Below are positions 9,131 through 18,566 of a stretch of DNA of 64,000 bases, in pieces. A program made the position numbers and the translations under genes. The DNA comes from Candidatus Bathyarchaeia archaeon. Its GTDB lineage: Archaea; Thermoproteota; Bathyarchaeia; Bathyarchaeales; DTEX01. Location of the stretch: contig JAWAXF010000006.1 in the NCBI GenBank assembly GCA_038897035.1, positions 3,773 through 67,772 of the forward strand, written 5' to 3'. The first letter of the stretch is position 1. Each line of letters starts with the position of its first letter. Under the pieces are notes generated by a model that did not search any database, was not told where the DNA came from, and was given only the letters and a program-made list of their open reading frames with translations.

Positions 9131-10882
9131 CTAGAACTTTAGGAACATGCCGAAGAAACGCATGAATATTATCGAGAACATGGCAATGAGCGTGAGTATT
9201 ACAGCATGCCTAAAGCCTGCCGAAACATTTCCAGTGCTGACCTTCCCGGTCACTATACCCATTATATATGACTGGAAGACCAGTGCTGGAACAATTGTCA
9301 CCAGTATTTGCGTGAATGGGATCATTGCGCGTGCTATCGACATAACTGCGGAGCGCATGAAGTTTATCATCACAATTGTCGAGAAGACCATTAATGCCGC
9401 GCCTATGTATGGCATTATTATTAGTGGGCGGAGGGCAGCCATCTTCTCCTTCTCGAGGGAAGCCTGCATCTCACCGAACCTAGCCATAGTCTCAAGGGTT
9501 TCTGAGCTGCCCCCGCCAATTTCTATCGCATCGACAAGAAGATATAGATTGATTAAGGCGAACCAGGAGCTTATTCTCCTCTTCAGGGTCTCATATATAA
9601 CTCTTATCGGTTGGCCCCACCGCAACTGTCGGGCAACTATTCTCAAATGTCTACTGAAAGCCCCATAGGGTCTCGATGATAACTGTGTTATGCACGCCTC
9701 TGGTGAAGCGCCAGTTTTCCTAGCCTCCGTCATATCCCTAAGGAAGTTTGTTACTTCATTAACCACCTTCCTACCCCTGCGGCGCTCATAGTAGCTATGG
9801 GCTACCGCCGCTGGAACTGTTCCGGCTATTAAAGCTATCCCCATACCCAGTGAGGGTTCCAATCCCTGCTCTATATCCAGTAGCACTCTGAGGGAAGTCA
9901 AGAGGTCTTTGAATTGTTTTATTAAGGGTATCAGTGCGAGTTCTGGTGTGAGGTATGGGAGGACCATCGTGAAGATTAGGATGCTCATTATTGGTAATGA
10001 TGCCATGAAAATCCTGTACGGCATGGTCTCATATGTTGGCTCATTAAAGCTAGATAGATCCGATAGATAGATGAAGATTATTGAGAGGACCGGCACAAGG
10101 ATGTATGAGTACAATAGGAAGTTCTCGGCCGTGAAGCCCCCCTGCCAGTATCCACGGAAAGCTATTGAGGTTAAGTATACTATGCTTATGCCAAGGGTCC
10201 CCAGAATTATTATTGCGACGTATGATTCCAGGAGCATTGCGGCGCGCTCCCCAAATATCCTTATCTTCGCCGCCAGGTCCCTAAACATCATCTCCGTGCG
10301 CGTCAGAAGGTAATGCACAACGTCGCCGCCAGCCCTCAGCGTGTAAACGTAGCCCAAAAGGAACTCCTTATACTCCTTTGAGGGTGCCCTCTCAGATGAC
10401 TTCTCTATTGCCGCTATTGGATCCATGCCCTTTAAATGCACATCTATATCAATCTGCTTGGCTGTCTTAGATGTATGTGGAAGGAGCTCGCAGCCCTTCA
10501 GTCTCTTTAGGCTTGAGTATGGCGATAGGCCGCCCGTAGCCATGACGCTCACGTAAGCGGCCATGAATGGCGCCTCCATGTCTAGCTTTGATGCTCTATC
10601 CTGGGCCTTTACGCTTGGCAGGGCGTATCCGATTAGGAGGATTATTATAGGGACAATAGCTATTGGATAGAGGCCGGTAAGCCATATGAGGGCCGCTGAG
10701 GCTGCTACGGATATTACTAGGAAGAGGCCAATTAATGAGAGGTACGCTTCTGGGTATATTCTTATTCCAGCAGCCTCCAGTGAGTCCCTTAACCTGGATG
10801 AATTTCCACCATAAAATATTTTTATTAGGATGTTTGATAACCACCAGAAGCTCTGGTACGTTAGGCCTGTGAAAGAAACCAT
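9131..10882 (-). CDS. Type IV pilus/archaellum assembly platform membrane protein (FlaJ/TadC/PilC-like)
   Basis: 583-aa polytopic membrane protein with two similar halves. Sits directly downstream (3-nt gap) of the secretion ATPase, the canonical I-J arrangement. Confidence 0.8.
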   Translation of the reverse strand: MVSFTGLTYQSFWWLSNILIKIFYGGNSSRLRDSLEAAGIRIYPEAYLSLIGLFLVISVAASAALIWLTGLYPIAIVPIIILLIGYALPSVKAQDRASKLDMEAPFMAAYVSVMATGGLSPYSSLKRLKGCELLPHTSKTAKQIDIDVHLKGMDPIAAIEKSSERAPSKEYKEFLLGYVYTLRAGGDVVHYLLTRTEMMFRDLAAKIRIFGERAAMLLESYVAIIILGTLGISIVYLTSIAFRGYWQGGFTAENFLLYSYILVPVLSIIFIYLSDLSSFNEPTYETMPYRIFMASLPIMSILIFTMVLPYLTPELALIPLIKQFKDLLTSLRVLLDIEQGLEPSLGMGIALIAGTVPAAVAHSYYERRRGRKVVNEVTNFLRDMTEARKTGASPEACITQLSSRPYGAFSRHLRIVARQLRWGQPIRVIYETLKRRISSWFALINLYLLVDAIEIGGGSSETLETMARFGEMQASLEKEKMAALRPLIIMPYIGAALMVFSTIVMINFMRSAVMSIARAMIPFTQILVTIVPALVFQSYIMGIVTGKVSTGNVSAGFRHAVILTLIAMFSIIFMRFFGMFLKF

Positions 10883-10885
10883 GCT

Positions 10886-12511
10886 TTAGCTAACCCCCCT
10901 TCTTATAGCTACTGCTGGGAATGGGTTTAATAGGCGGTACCTTGTTATTTCGGTTCTAACATCTGTGTTGCTTCTGACGCCGCGACTCAGTAGGTCGCGG
11001 AAGAGTAGAGCTCTTCTGGTGAGCTCCTCTAAGACTTTTTCTACGCTTATGCCATATTTTATAGCTATTCTATTGAGCATCTCGCTCTTCCTAAAGCTGT
11101 GTGTATACGTGTCGGTTATTGGGTTCCAGGAGGCTATTGTCTCATATCTATCATAGTCGATTATCTCGTGGACCTCGCGTATTCTCCTGCCAAAGGTTAG
11201 CCCCATTCTAGGTCTCGGCAGCTGGGCTCTTTCCTGAACTATGGCGACGTTTACGAGCGGTATATAGCTCTCCGCCACGTTCATAGGCGGACTCGTCAGC
11301 CTCTTCACGGCGTGTTCTAGGCTCTCTGCGTGGATTGTTGTTAGACCTCCGTGGCCTGTAGCCATGGCCTGGAATAGTACGAATGCCTCTTCTCCTCTTA
11401 TCTCGCCTACTATGATGTAGTCTGGTCTGTATCTTAAGGAGACCTTGACTAGATCGAATAGGCTTATCTCGCCTGTCTTTGATGCACCGAGTCCGTAGCT
11501 GGTTCTGCCGACCAGCTGAACCCAGTTCTCATGGGGAAACATTAGCTCTGGTATCTCTTCGACCGTCACTATTTTCATTGATGGCTTAACTAGGCTTGCG
11601 ATTACGTTGAGGGTTGTTGTCTTGCCAGCGCCTGTTCCGCCTATCACCATCATCGTCATCCTGTTCTCGACTAATAGCCAGAAGTATGCCGCAAGCATCT
11701 CGTCAATTGTTCCCAGATTTATTAGGTCTATTATTGAGAATGGCTCCTCCCTAAACCTTCTTATACAGAATGTGCTCCCCCTCGGCGAGACCTCGTATCT
11801 GAATGTTGCAGCGAGCCTGTCCTTTGTTGGGAGCATTGCATCTAATATTGGGAAAGCTGTTGAGATGTGCTTCTGGGCTATGTGCGTGAGCTTTATTAGA
11901 ATGTTATCTAGCGTCTTTTCATCGATTATTTTCAGGTTTGTTGGCATGCTCTCATACTTTCTATGCCAAACGTATATGGGTATGTTGAGGCCGTTGACGG
12001 ATATGTCCTCGATCATCCTGTCGCTCATTATGACGTGTAGTGGGCCGAAGCCTATTAGGTTTCTATGCAAGTAGTATAGGATTTTACGCCAAGATTCCTC
12101 GCCAAGGCGCTTGATGTGTCTAGTTAAGCCATATTTTTTGGCGAGTCTCTCCGCCTCGCTCTCAACATATTTGTATGGGTCGACCGCCTCTTCGGGCGGG
12201 GGCTCGATCTCGACACTAACAATGTCGATAAGCTTATTGAAGATTATGTGTTCCTCGGGGGATAACTCAACCTCCTCAATAAAGTAGGCCCTTTCGCCGC
12301 CGAGGTCTGGGAGGGATGCTATTGTAACCTTAGAAAAGGGGTTATGGATCGGATAGGATTCTATTATCTTGGCATTTTCCGGGATCTTGGAAAAGACAGC
12401 TACTGGCGGTGGAGGGACAATCTTCTTCGCAAACAACTTCTTGAAGAGGGAGGAGAAAGCCCCTCGCCCACTACCCTCAACAACACCCACAAAATCCACC
12501 TCAACATCCAT
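10886..12511 (-). CDS. Type II/IV secretion-family assembly ATPase (FlaI/PilB/VirB11-like)
   Basis: Walker A GGTGAGKTT, then the VGEIRGEEA and TGHGGLTTIHA boxes typical of T2SSE/FlaI ATPases. 541 aa. Confidence 0.88.
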   Translation of the reverse strand: MDVEVDFVGVVEGSGRGAFSSLFKKLFAKKIVPPPPVAVFSKIPENAKIIESYPIHNPFSKVTIASLPDLGGERAYFIEEVELSPEEHIIFNKLIDIVSVEIEPPPEEAVDPYKYVESEAERLAKKYGLTRHIKRLGEESWRKILYYLHRNLIGFGPLHVIMSDRMIEDISVNGLNIPIYVWHRKYESMPTNLKIIDEKTLDNILIKLTHIAQKHISTAFPILDAMLPTKDRLAATFRYEVSPRGSTFCIRRFREEPFSIIDLINLGTIDEMLAAYFWLLVENRMTMMVIGGTGAGKTTTLNVIASLVKPSMKIVTVEEIPELMFPHENWVQLVGRTSYGLGASKTGEISLFDLVKVSLRYRPDYIIVGEIRGEEAFVLFQAMATGHGGLTTIHAESLEHAVKRLTSPPMNVAESYIPLVNVAIVQERAQLPRPRMGLTFGRRIREVHEIIDYDRYETIASWNPITDTYTHSFRKSEMLNRIAIKYGISVEKVLEELTRRALLFRDLLSRGVRSNTDVRTEITRYRLLNPFPAVAIRRGVS

Positions 12512-12583
12512 TCAAACCATAATCAAAAAATTAAATAAATATATTATGGAGAGCTACTAAAAGCTGTTTGATCTCAATAGTTC

Positions 12584-13072
12584 CTAAGGCAAGACTATAG
12601 TCTTAGGATACTGGTTGCCAGCAGCCGTTGCAATAGTTATTTCTAAGGCGATTCCAGGAGCTGGACTGTAAGTACCAATTTTTATAGATGAAGGAAGATT
12701 AATTAGGAACTTCATTGATTTGCCAGGATCTAATGAAACTCCAACAGTCGAATCAAAATCAGTATTATTGTATGTTATGGTCACGCTCCCATCACTTATC
12801 TCCTCAAAGGGGATTCCGTTGAAGAAGAAGTTTGATATTGTTGCTACCGCTGACCCTGTGTTCTTCACAATAATTGTTATATTCCAGCCACCACCTCCGG
12901 AAACTGCATATGCTGCTGTGTATTCTAGTTTTTCGTATCTTGTGAATGTTGTTGCCAGCCCCATCATCCAGTATGCAACCGCTATTGACATGACAATTGC
13001 CACTGCAACGATGATTATTGTCGCTATAACGGGGCTTATAGCCCTCCTATCGCTCCTAATATTCCTAACCAA
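12584..13072 (-). CDS. Archaeal type IV pilin (candidate major subunit), TTG start
   Basis: The N-terminus RSDRRA/ISPVIATIIIVAVAIVMSIAVAYW is a class III signal. 162 aa. It is the first gene of the operon, with a TTTAAAA box ~20 nt upstream. Confidence 0.7.
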   Translation of the reverse strand: MVRNIRSDRRAISPVIATIIIVAVAIVMSIAVAYWMMGLATTFTRYEKLEYTAAYAVSGGGGWNITIIVKNTGSAVATISNFFFNGIPFEEISDGSVTITYNNTDFDSTVGVSLDPGKSMKFLINLPSSIKIGTYSPAPGIALEITIATAAGNQYPKTIVLP

Positions 13073-13234
13073 ACTATTAATTCACCCTTTTAAACTAACT
13101 CCAAAAAAAGGTATAATGTTCATTTATTTAAGCTTTGCTATTATGCTAAAATCATATTGACAATCCAGTCTAATAATATAGACCACATACAATCATTACG
13201 CAGACATATTTAATGCCATGATTAGATGAGGAAA

Positions 13235-14323
13235 CTATGAGCTGGGTTGCTTCTCCCGCGCGCTCTCCTCAATCATCCTCATTACACAGTCTTTAACTTT
13301 AGCCGCAATCTCCTGAAGATCCTTACCCTCAACAACCTTCATATTATATGCCTCCGCCAAGTCTCTGCTGCCCTCATCAATGCCGCTCGGCGTCACCATA
13401 ATCTTATGCAGGATGCCAACGTCGGTAGCTTTAGCCCAGAGGGCCATGACGTCCGCCGCCGAGGCAGCCTTATCGGAGAGATAAAGTGAGCCAACAATGA
13501 TTGGTGGGGCATCATCACTATGCCACACGGCGAAGGAGAAATCGTGCTTAATACCAGACCTACCATAGAGGGTTACAGGAGCCTTAACAGTGAGACCTAC
13601 GTCCCTAATAGGCTTAAGAATAACCTCAATATCAAAGGTGAGGCGCTCAATCAAAACCCTCTTCTCAGGATTAACCTTAAATGCCATAACACTATAAACC
13701 ACAAGATCGTTCTCGCCGAAAACATGCCCACTGCTACACAGGTACTCAACCTTTGGATCCGAGAAGGCACTTTTACAGCTCAAGCACCTATAGAGGGAAC
13801 TGAAGACTCTATAGTCTACACCAAGCTGCCCAAGAGGCTTCCTGCAATTCAGGCAGAGTAAGCCCTCTCCACTCCTAAACTTATCCTCAAAATCTATGTG
13901 CCCACAAGCTAGGTGCTCAATCATCCTACCCCTAACGAGCCTAGAGGAGCCGCATGAGGGGCATTGATACCTAATCATAAGCCTATGAGACTGGCAGTGG
14001 GGGCAAATAGCAATATTATCCACAACCTCAGAGCTTAGTACGCCAGCCTCGCATAGAAGGTGAAGAGATTCCCTAATATCCTTCGCGGAGCCAACCGTAT
14101 TATTAAAAGCAGGGTATCTAACAGCATCTCTGAACTCAACTTTAGGTTCTATAACATCAATATCCATACCTTTTAAAGCCCTAAGTACCCTCTGAACCTT
14201 CTCACTTCCCAGCAAACTCAACATATCAGACAAGGGAAGGACACCAACAAAAAACGTTAGAACACAAAATACTATATAAGCATTACTAATTGAAGTAAAA
14301 ACATCCTCGCCCAGCAGCAACAT
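13235..14323 (-). CDS. Membrane-anchored protein with multiple zinc ribbons and a C-terminal alpha/beta (restriction-endonuclease-fold-like) domain
   Basis: N-terminal TM helix, then CPHCQSH..CPSCGS, CLNCRK and CLSCKS (three CxxC pairs). The C-terminal region GRSGIKHDFSFAVWH...IIVGSLYLSDK...KIMVTPSGI follows. Lies upstream of and co-oriented with the pilin gene. Confidence 0.45.
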   Translation of the reverse strand: MLLLGEDVFTSISNAYIVFCVLTFFVGVLPLSDMLSLLGSEKVQRVLRALKGMDIDVIEPKVEFRDAVRYPAFNNTVGSAKDIRESLHLLCEAGVLSSEVVDNIAICPHCQSHRLMIRYQCPSCGSSRLVRGRMIEHLACGHIDFEDKFRSGEGLLCLNCRKPLGQLGVDYRVFSSLYRCLSCKSAFSDPKVEYLCSSGHVFGENDLVVYSVMAFKVNPEKRVLIERLTFDIEVILKPIRDVGLTVKAPVTLYGRSGIKHDFSFAVWHSDDAPPIIVGSLYLSDKAASAADVMALWAKATDVGILHKIMVTPSGIDEGSRDLAEAYNMKVVEGKDLQEIAAKVKDCVMRMIEESAREKQPSS

Positions 14324-14423
14324 GGGTCCCCACCCATAGGCACAACCTTATTCCTGCAACCAAAAGTTACACTAAAGGTTATAGGCAAGGATTTAGTGAC
14401 CATATAAGGAGATAGCTGAACTG

Positions 14424-15254
14424 GTGGCTTATATGAGAGCCGTTGCCATCATCATGCTTTTATTGGCCATTAGCCTCGCCCAGCAAGGACCTTACAACGT
14501 GGAGAAGTGCCTTCTAACCGTCTATAGGGACGGTGTAGTCCACATATACCTCAAGACAACAGTTGACGAGCTTGAGCCGTACACGGTGCTCCCGTTACTA
14601 TCAAGCCCCGACAAAATAGACAATGTACTTGTCCTAGACGAAAATAATGAGACGCTAGTCTATGATTACGGCGAGAATAATACCATTATCATATATACTC
14701 TCGGTGCAAAGCAGGTTAAAATAGAATACGATACTAGCAGCTTAACATCAATGGAGTACGGCCTATGGAAACTTAAAATCACAGCACCCTTCAGCCTAAT
14801 CATTAGGCTCCCAGAAGACGCAACAATAATTTACATCAACGCACCCCCAACAGAGATAAGACCCATAGATAAACGGATCGAGTTAACCCTTAATCCAGGA
14901 GACTGGGAAATAAGCTATGAGATACCGATAACCCTGCCAACACCAAGCCAGCCACCAGCGATACCAGATTACTTGAAATATTACATTATCACCGGGGTAT
15001 GTGTTGCGTGCATATCCATCATATCAGTAATATACATTAAGAAGAGAAGGATTCTAGGGAGCCTCAGCAACGAGGAGATGGAGGTCTTAAAGTTCATCAG
15101 GGAGAGAGGTGGGAGAGCCCTAGAGGCTGAGCTTAGGGAAAGGTTCCCGCATATACCTAGGACGAGCATGTGGCGACTAATAAGGCGCTTAGAGAAGAGG
15201 AGTATAGTCCAGGTTAGGAAGGTCGGGCTACAAAATGTCGTAGAACTAAAATAA
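14424..15254 (+). CDS. Membrane-tethered winged-helix transcription regulator (signal/ectodomain - TM - cytoplasmic wHTH)
   Basis: N-terminal signal-like helix, ~170-aa ectodomain, and TM segment YYIITGVCVACISIISVIYI. The C-terminal LKFIRERGGRALEAELRERFPHIPRTSMWRLIRRLEKRSIV is MarR/TrmB-like. Divergent from the pilus locus. Confidence 0.55.
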   Translation: MAYMRAVAIIMLLLAISLAQQGPYNVEKCLLTVYRDGVVHIYLKTTVDELEPYTVLPLLSSPDKIDNVLVLDENNETLVYDYGENNTIIIYTLGAKQVKIEYDTSSLTSMEYGLWKLKITAPFSLIIRLPEDATIIYINAPPTEIRPIDKRIELTLNPGDWEISYEIPITLPTPSQPPAIPDYLKYYIITGVCVACISIISVIYIKKRRILGSLSNEEMEVLKFIRERGGRALEAELRERFPHIPRTSMWRLIRRLEKRSIVQVRKVGLQNVVELK

Positions 15255-15284
15255 GCTGGCCTACCAACGGTAGGAGAAAGTGGA

Positions 15285-18200
15285 CTACCAGTACTTGAAC
15301 AGGAGGCTATCCATGTACTCGTTCAAAGACCTAACAATAATGTCATTGTTACTTCTTATATACTTCAGAACCTTAACTATGGCCGAGGTCAGCTCAAGGG
15401 TTGTAACCACCGGAATATTATACTCAACGGCCAGCCTTCGGATCACATACTCATCTTTAGCAACCTCCGACGGAACACCATTTGGATTTCCAGCAGGAAT
15501 ATTAATGACAAGATCTATCTTGCGCTGAACAATATGGTCAACTATGTTCGGCTTCTTAGAGGGTTCACTAACCTTATAGAGGACAGTTACATTCTTTAAC
15601 CCGGCTTCATGGAGGGCATCCGCGGTATGCTCAGTTGCATATATCTTGAAGCCGATCTCACTTAGGCTTCTGGCCAAAGGAACCATCTTGTGTTTCATCT
15701 CCCGCCCACCGACGGTTATTAAGACCGAACCATCTTCCTCTGGGAACACGAACTCAACGGACTCAAGGGCCTTCATCAGCGCATCCGCAAAGTTCTCGCC
15801 TATACACGCAGCCTCGCCAGTGCTAACCATCTCGACACCGAGTACTGGGTCAGCGCCCGTCAAGCGCATGAAGCTAAACTGCGGAACCTTAACTGCCACG
15901 TACGGTATAGGCGGCAGCTCAAGTATGCCAATCTCTTTAAGGCTCTTGCCGAGAAAGACCTCCGTAGCGATGTCTATGAGGTGCACGCCCCTACTCTTAC
16001 TAACATATGGGAGGGATCTGGATGCCCTAAGATTGCACTCGATCACCATAACCTCGTTGCCCTTAACTAGGAACTGTATGTTAAATGGCCCCCTTATACA
16101 CAACGCCCTAGCTATCTCGTAGGCGTAGTCCTCAATCTTCTTGATCACGCCGCTACTCAGAGACAATGGAGGTATACACATAACCGCGTCTCCACTATGG
16201 ACCCCAGCCTGCTCAACATGCTCTATAACCGCGCCTATCAAAACATCTTCCCCATCAGATACGCCGTCGACCTCAACTTCCTTGGCACCCTCAATGAACT
16301 TCGATATTACAACCGGGTGCTCCTTAGAGACCCTCGCCGCCAGCTCAAGGTAATCTCTAAGCTCCTCCCTGCTATATGCAACCCTCATAGCTTCCCCAGA
16401 GAGGACGTAGCTCGGTCTAACCAGGACTGGATAGCCTATCTCCTCAGCAAACTTCTCCGCCCCCTCGATGGTTGTAAGCCTACTCCACTTGGGCTGTGAG
16501 ATGCCGAGCTTGTCTAACAATGCGCTAAATTTGGATCTATCCTCAGCGGCATCTATACTCTCACTTGAGGTTCCAAGGATCCTAACCCCTGCCCTAGAGA
16601 GATTTAAAGCCAAGTTATTGGGTATCTGCCCACCCACGCTCACTATGACGCCGAGCGGATTCTCCTTCTCATATATGTCCAGAACCCTCTCGAGGGTTAT
16701 CTCCTCAAAATATAGCTTATCTGATATATCGTAGTCAGTTGAGACCGTTTCTGGGTTATAATTTATTACTATCGCCTCATCTATGCCATACTTCTTGAGG
16801 GCCCAGACGGTGTTAACGCAGCTCCAGTCGAATTCAACGCTCGAACCTATCCTAAAGACGCCAGCGCCCAAAACTATAACCTTCTTCTTCCCAGTATCAA
16901 AGGGTATATCGTCTTCATCACCATTGTAGGTCACATAAAGGTAATTTGTCTTAGCGGGCCACTCGGCTGCAAGAGTGTCTATCTGCTTAACAACCGGTAT
17001 TATTCCATGGAGTTTTCTGAAGCGCCTAACCTCATCTTCACTTATGCCAAGGTACTTAGCGAGCTGCGCATCTGAAAAGCCTAGGCGCTTAGCCTCCCTA
17101 ATAACCTCAACGGCAGAACCATCGCCAAGCTTAAGCCTTCTAAGTTTCTTCTCCATCTCAATGATATTCCTTATTTTGTAAAGGAACCATGGGTCTATGC
17201 CGCTTAGACGGTAAATCTCTCTTACTGGCACGCCCATTTTTATAGCCTTAACTATCTTGAAAAGGCGCTCATCGGTTGGATTTCTCAAACAATCTTTTAT
17301 ATCTTCTATTGGCTCAGGCTCATCCTCATCGTCATTGCCGACTAAGCCTATCTTGCCTATATCAAGCATCCTAACAGCCTTCTGAAGAGCCTCCTCAAAC
17401 GTCCTCCCAATCGCCATAATTTCACCAACAGACTTCATCTGCGTGCCTATATGGCGATCAGCATTCCTAAACTTCTTTAAGTCCCAACGCGGAATCTTCA
17501 CCACAACATAATCTAGGGCTGGCTCAAAGCATGCTGTAGTTATCCCAGTAACTTTGTTAATAAGCTCTGGAAGTGTATAGCCTATTGCCAGCTTAGCCGC
17601 TATATAAGCTAACGGGTAGCCAGTGGCCTTACTGGCCAAGGCTGAGCTCCTCGACATCCTCGGGTTAACTTCTATAGCCCTATACTCCTCAGATCTCGGG
17701 TGGAGGGCCCATTGGATATTACACTCTCCGACAACACTGAGAGCCCGCACAGCCCTTATAGAGGCTGAGCGCAGGAGGTGGTACTCACGGTTAGTCAGCG
17801 TTTGAGAGGGTGCAATGACTATTGAGTCTCCAGTGTGAACACCCATCGGGTCAAAGTTCTCCATGTTACAAACAGTTATACAGTTATCCTTATAATCCCT
17901 CATAACCTCGTATTCAACTTCCTTCCAATGCCCAATCCACTCCTCAATCAAAACCTGCCTTATGAGACTATGCACCAGGGCCCTACTTACAATCTCCCTC
18001 AGCTCACGCTTGTTATACGCCACGCCGGAGCCCTTGCCACCTAAAGTATAGGCGACCCTAATCATCACAGGGTAACCTATCTCCTCGGCTACCTCCAGCG
18101 CCCCCTCAACGGATGTAGCGGACCCACTTTTGGGCACAGGCACGCCCGCATCCATCATCGTCCGTCTAAACAGTTCCCTATTCGATGCTCTCTCGATAGT

Positions 18201-18563
18201 CTCTACTGATGTGCCAAGAACCTTAACGCCATACTTGTCCAGAACACCCATCTTGGACAGCTGAACGCCACAGTTGAGAGCCGTTTGGCCACCGAATCCT
18301 AGCAATATGCCATCCGGTCTCTCCCTCTCAATAACCCTCGCAACGTACCTTGGCGTAACCGGAAGCAAGTAAACCCTGCCAGCTAGCCTAGGATCTGTCT
18401 GTATCGTTGCTATATTCGGGTTGACTAAGATCGTCTTTATGCCCTCCTCCCTAAGCGCCTTAAGACACTGGCTTCCCGAGTAGTCAAACTCCGCAGCCTC
18501 GCCTATCTTTATTGCGCCGCTCCCAAGCACAAGAACCTTTCTAACCCACTCAAACCTAGACAA
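15285..18563 (-). CDS. carB: Carbamoyl-phosphate synthase large subunit
   Basis: 1092 aa with duplicated ATP-grasp halves (VLVLGSGAIKIGEAAEFDYSGSQ and VIVLGAGVFRIGSSVEFDW). carA lies immediately upstream. Confidence 0.95.
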   Translation of the reverse strand: MSRFEWVRKVLVLGSGAIKIGEAAEFDYSGSQCLKALREEGIKTILVNPNIATIQTDPRLAGRVYLLPVTPRYVARVIERERPDGILLGFGGQTALNCGVQLSKMGVLDKYGVKVLGTSVETIERASNRELFRRTMMDAGVPVPKSGSATSVEGALEVAEEIGYPVMIRVAYTLGGKGSGVAYNKRELREIVSRALVHSLIRQVLIEEWIGHWKEVEYEVMRDYKDNCITVCNMENFDPMGVHTGDSIVIAPSQTLTNREYHLLRSASIRAVRALSVVGECNIQWALHPRSEEYRAIEVNPRMSRSSALASKATGYPLAYIAAKLAIGYTLPELINKVTGITTACFEPALDYVVVKIPRWDLKKFRNADRHIGTQMKSVGEIMAIGRTFEEALQKAVRMLDIGKIGLVGNDDEDEPEPIEDIKDCLRNPTDERLFKIVKAIKMGVPVREIYRLSGIDPWFLYKIRNIIEMEKKLRRLKLGDGSAVEVIREAKRLGFSDAQLAKYLGISEDEVRRFRKLHGIIPVVKQIDTLAAEWPAKTNYLYVTYNGDEDDIPFDTGKKKVIVLGAGVFRIGSSVEFDWSCVNTVWALKKYGIDEAIVINYNPETVSTDYDISDKLYFEEITLERVLDIYEKENPLGVIVSVGGQIPNNLALNLSRAGVRILGTSSESIDAAEDRSKFSALLDKLGISQPKWSRLTTIEGAEKFAEEIGYPVLVRPSYVLSGEAMRVAYSREELRDYLELAARVSKEHPVVISKFIEGAKEVEVDGVSDGEDVLIGAVIEHVEQAGVHSGDAVMCIPPLSLSSGVIKKIEDYAYEIARALCIRGPFNIQFLVKGNEVMVIECNLRASRSLPYVSKSRGVHLIDIATEVFLGKSLKEIGILELPPIPYVAVKVPQFSFMRLTGADPVLGVEMVSTGEAACIGENFADALMKALESVEFVFPEEDGSVLITVGGREMKHKMVPLARSLSEIGFKIYATEHTADALHEAGLKNVTVLYKVSEPSKKPNIVDHIVQRKIDLVINIPAGNPNGVPSEVAKDEYVIRRLAVEYNIPVVTTLELTSAIVKVLKYIRSNNDIIVRSLNEYMDSLLFKYW

Positions 18564-18566
18564 GTC

